Shown: one piece after another, positions 62,874-64,000 of the stretch
Position numbering within the stretch: the first letter of the stretch is position 1
How the letters are laid out: the number at the start of each line of letters is the position of its first letter
DNA from: Pelomyxa schiedti
Lineage: Eukaryota > Protista > Evosea
Reading direction: 5' to 3'
Length of the DNA stretch: 64,000 bases
NCBI GenBank assembly: GCA_020536535.1
Contig: JAHLWZ010000869.1
Location: forward strand, 1,595-65,594
Position numbers and translations under genes: made by a program
The notes under the pieces: generated by a model
Database searches by the model: none
Seen by the model: only the letters and a program-made list of their open reading frames with translations
Told to the model about the DNA's origin: nothing

Positions 62874-63673
62874 TCATACTTGGACTCCGTTGTGATGGGC
62901 TGGTTTATTCTTTTGAAGCAATATTGTGCCATTCACTAGGTTTTCAACAGAATTTATTAAATCAGTACCAGCTTGTGTCAGCTTATTATGTGATTCTGGT
63001 TCTGGCGTTAGGACTGCTTCCTTTTGTGTATTTATCATTCGTGAATGGGAAAGATTAAATACAGTACGTCCACTAACCTTTGAAGCCCTCGCCAGTTTTG
63101 AAAACTGCAGAGTGACATCCCGCATTTCTTCACGTGCTCGAGGGAGAGAATTATTGGGGTGTTGCACTATTAATTGAAGAAGGGCCTTCACAGAGGAATG
63201 AATGTGCTTAATACAGTCCATAATTTCTGTTGTCACTGTGGCTTGTGCAAGGTTCTCCACAAATTGTTTTGACTGAGATAGAGAAATCCTAATTTGATCT
63301 TCTGTCTCCTATTTCTACTAATTACAAAAGGGAAAAAAATAAAAAAATTGCCAGACATTAGCTCAAAAAGGAAAAAAAGTACCTGAACAAGGGGTGTTGC
63401 AACAGATCCTGGTCCCTCAGTCGTATGCGCCTCCCCCTGTTGGATCTGTTGGGGCGCCGAGGAGGGTTGTGAGGCGGAACCAGATGTAGCGGAGTCGGTT
63501 GGGGCGGTAGAAGCCAGTTGTGGGTGCTCCTGTTGCTGCTGTTGTGGTTGCCCTTGTTGATGTTGATGACGATGCTTGTTTGCCAACTGGCGTGTGATCG
63601 ATGCCACCTCCGTGGTGGGTTCTCCCTCTTGACGCACAACTGACGTACCAACCAGCAGACACCAGTACTCCAT
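62874..63673 (-). CDS. Gln-rich protein with a talin-rod/vinculin-like helical segment; separate gene or 5' part of the VIT-vWA gene
   Basis: Amphipathic helices EIMDCIKHIHSSVKALLQLI...LARASK..KLTQAGTDLINSVENL; splice linkage to the downstream gene unresolved. Confidence 0.5.
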
Positions 63674-64000
63674 TGCGGGACGTTCGTTAGTATTCCCTAC
63701 CTACTTTGTAACAAAGCGTTTTTCAACGGTTGGCTTGTCCTTTTGATTTCGCCGTTTGGCCCGCCACAAGAAGACCCCAAAAAAAGACAACGAACACAAC
63801 GACAGAGGGTCTGATGAGTAGCGGGGGTACTTTGCGAAACCCAATTCTTTACCACATCGAATGGGGGGCAGGCCCACCAACCGTAGCAGTCTCCTCCTTG
63901 TCGTCGTCTTCGCCGTACCCGCCGTCCACGCCTGCGTCCCTCAGGCACACGTCTTACGTTCGAGTGCCCGGCCCAACCCACGCGACGCTGGCCCGCGACC

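Noticed and set aside
63697-64000. ORF 63697-63981 as a gene
   Set aside because: No recognisable product; more likely promoter/UTR sequence at the window edge.

Overview
Gene-dense, intron-rich eukaryotic DNA with short (mostly 30-70 nt) GT-AG introns and intergenic gaps often under 150 bp. A Roco kinase, a talin head and intron-containing anaerobic redox enzymes suggest an anaerobic amoebozoan (Archamoebae-like; inference only). About 22 protein genes were reconstructed by hand, so boundaries are approximate. They include ATG2, RPL6, NAC-alpha, a Rab1-like GTPase, a PP2C-fold protein, a calmodulin-like protein, MORN, MYND and vWA proteins, an OCA2-like permease and a GltD-like flavoprotein. 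There is also a decayed Ty3/gypsy element, an ATG2 pseudogene fragment and an inverted ~350-bp dispersed repeat. Most striking: (1) a prokaryote-type aldehyde:ferredoxin oxidoreductase (AOR) with introns, fused in frame to a ~410-aa RGG/acidic/Lys-rich extension and followed directly by a gene carrying a prokaryotic MEDS sensor domain; (2) a VIT-vWA protein with talin FERM subdomains F1-F3 inserted; (3) an H-lectin-ankyrin-F-box-degenerate Ras-like protein; (4) an RCC1-fused Roco kinase; (5) a twice-present ~300-nt element that can fold into a closed structure ending in oligo(T), a candidate structured ncRNA. No database searches or folding programs were run.
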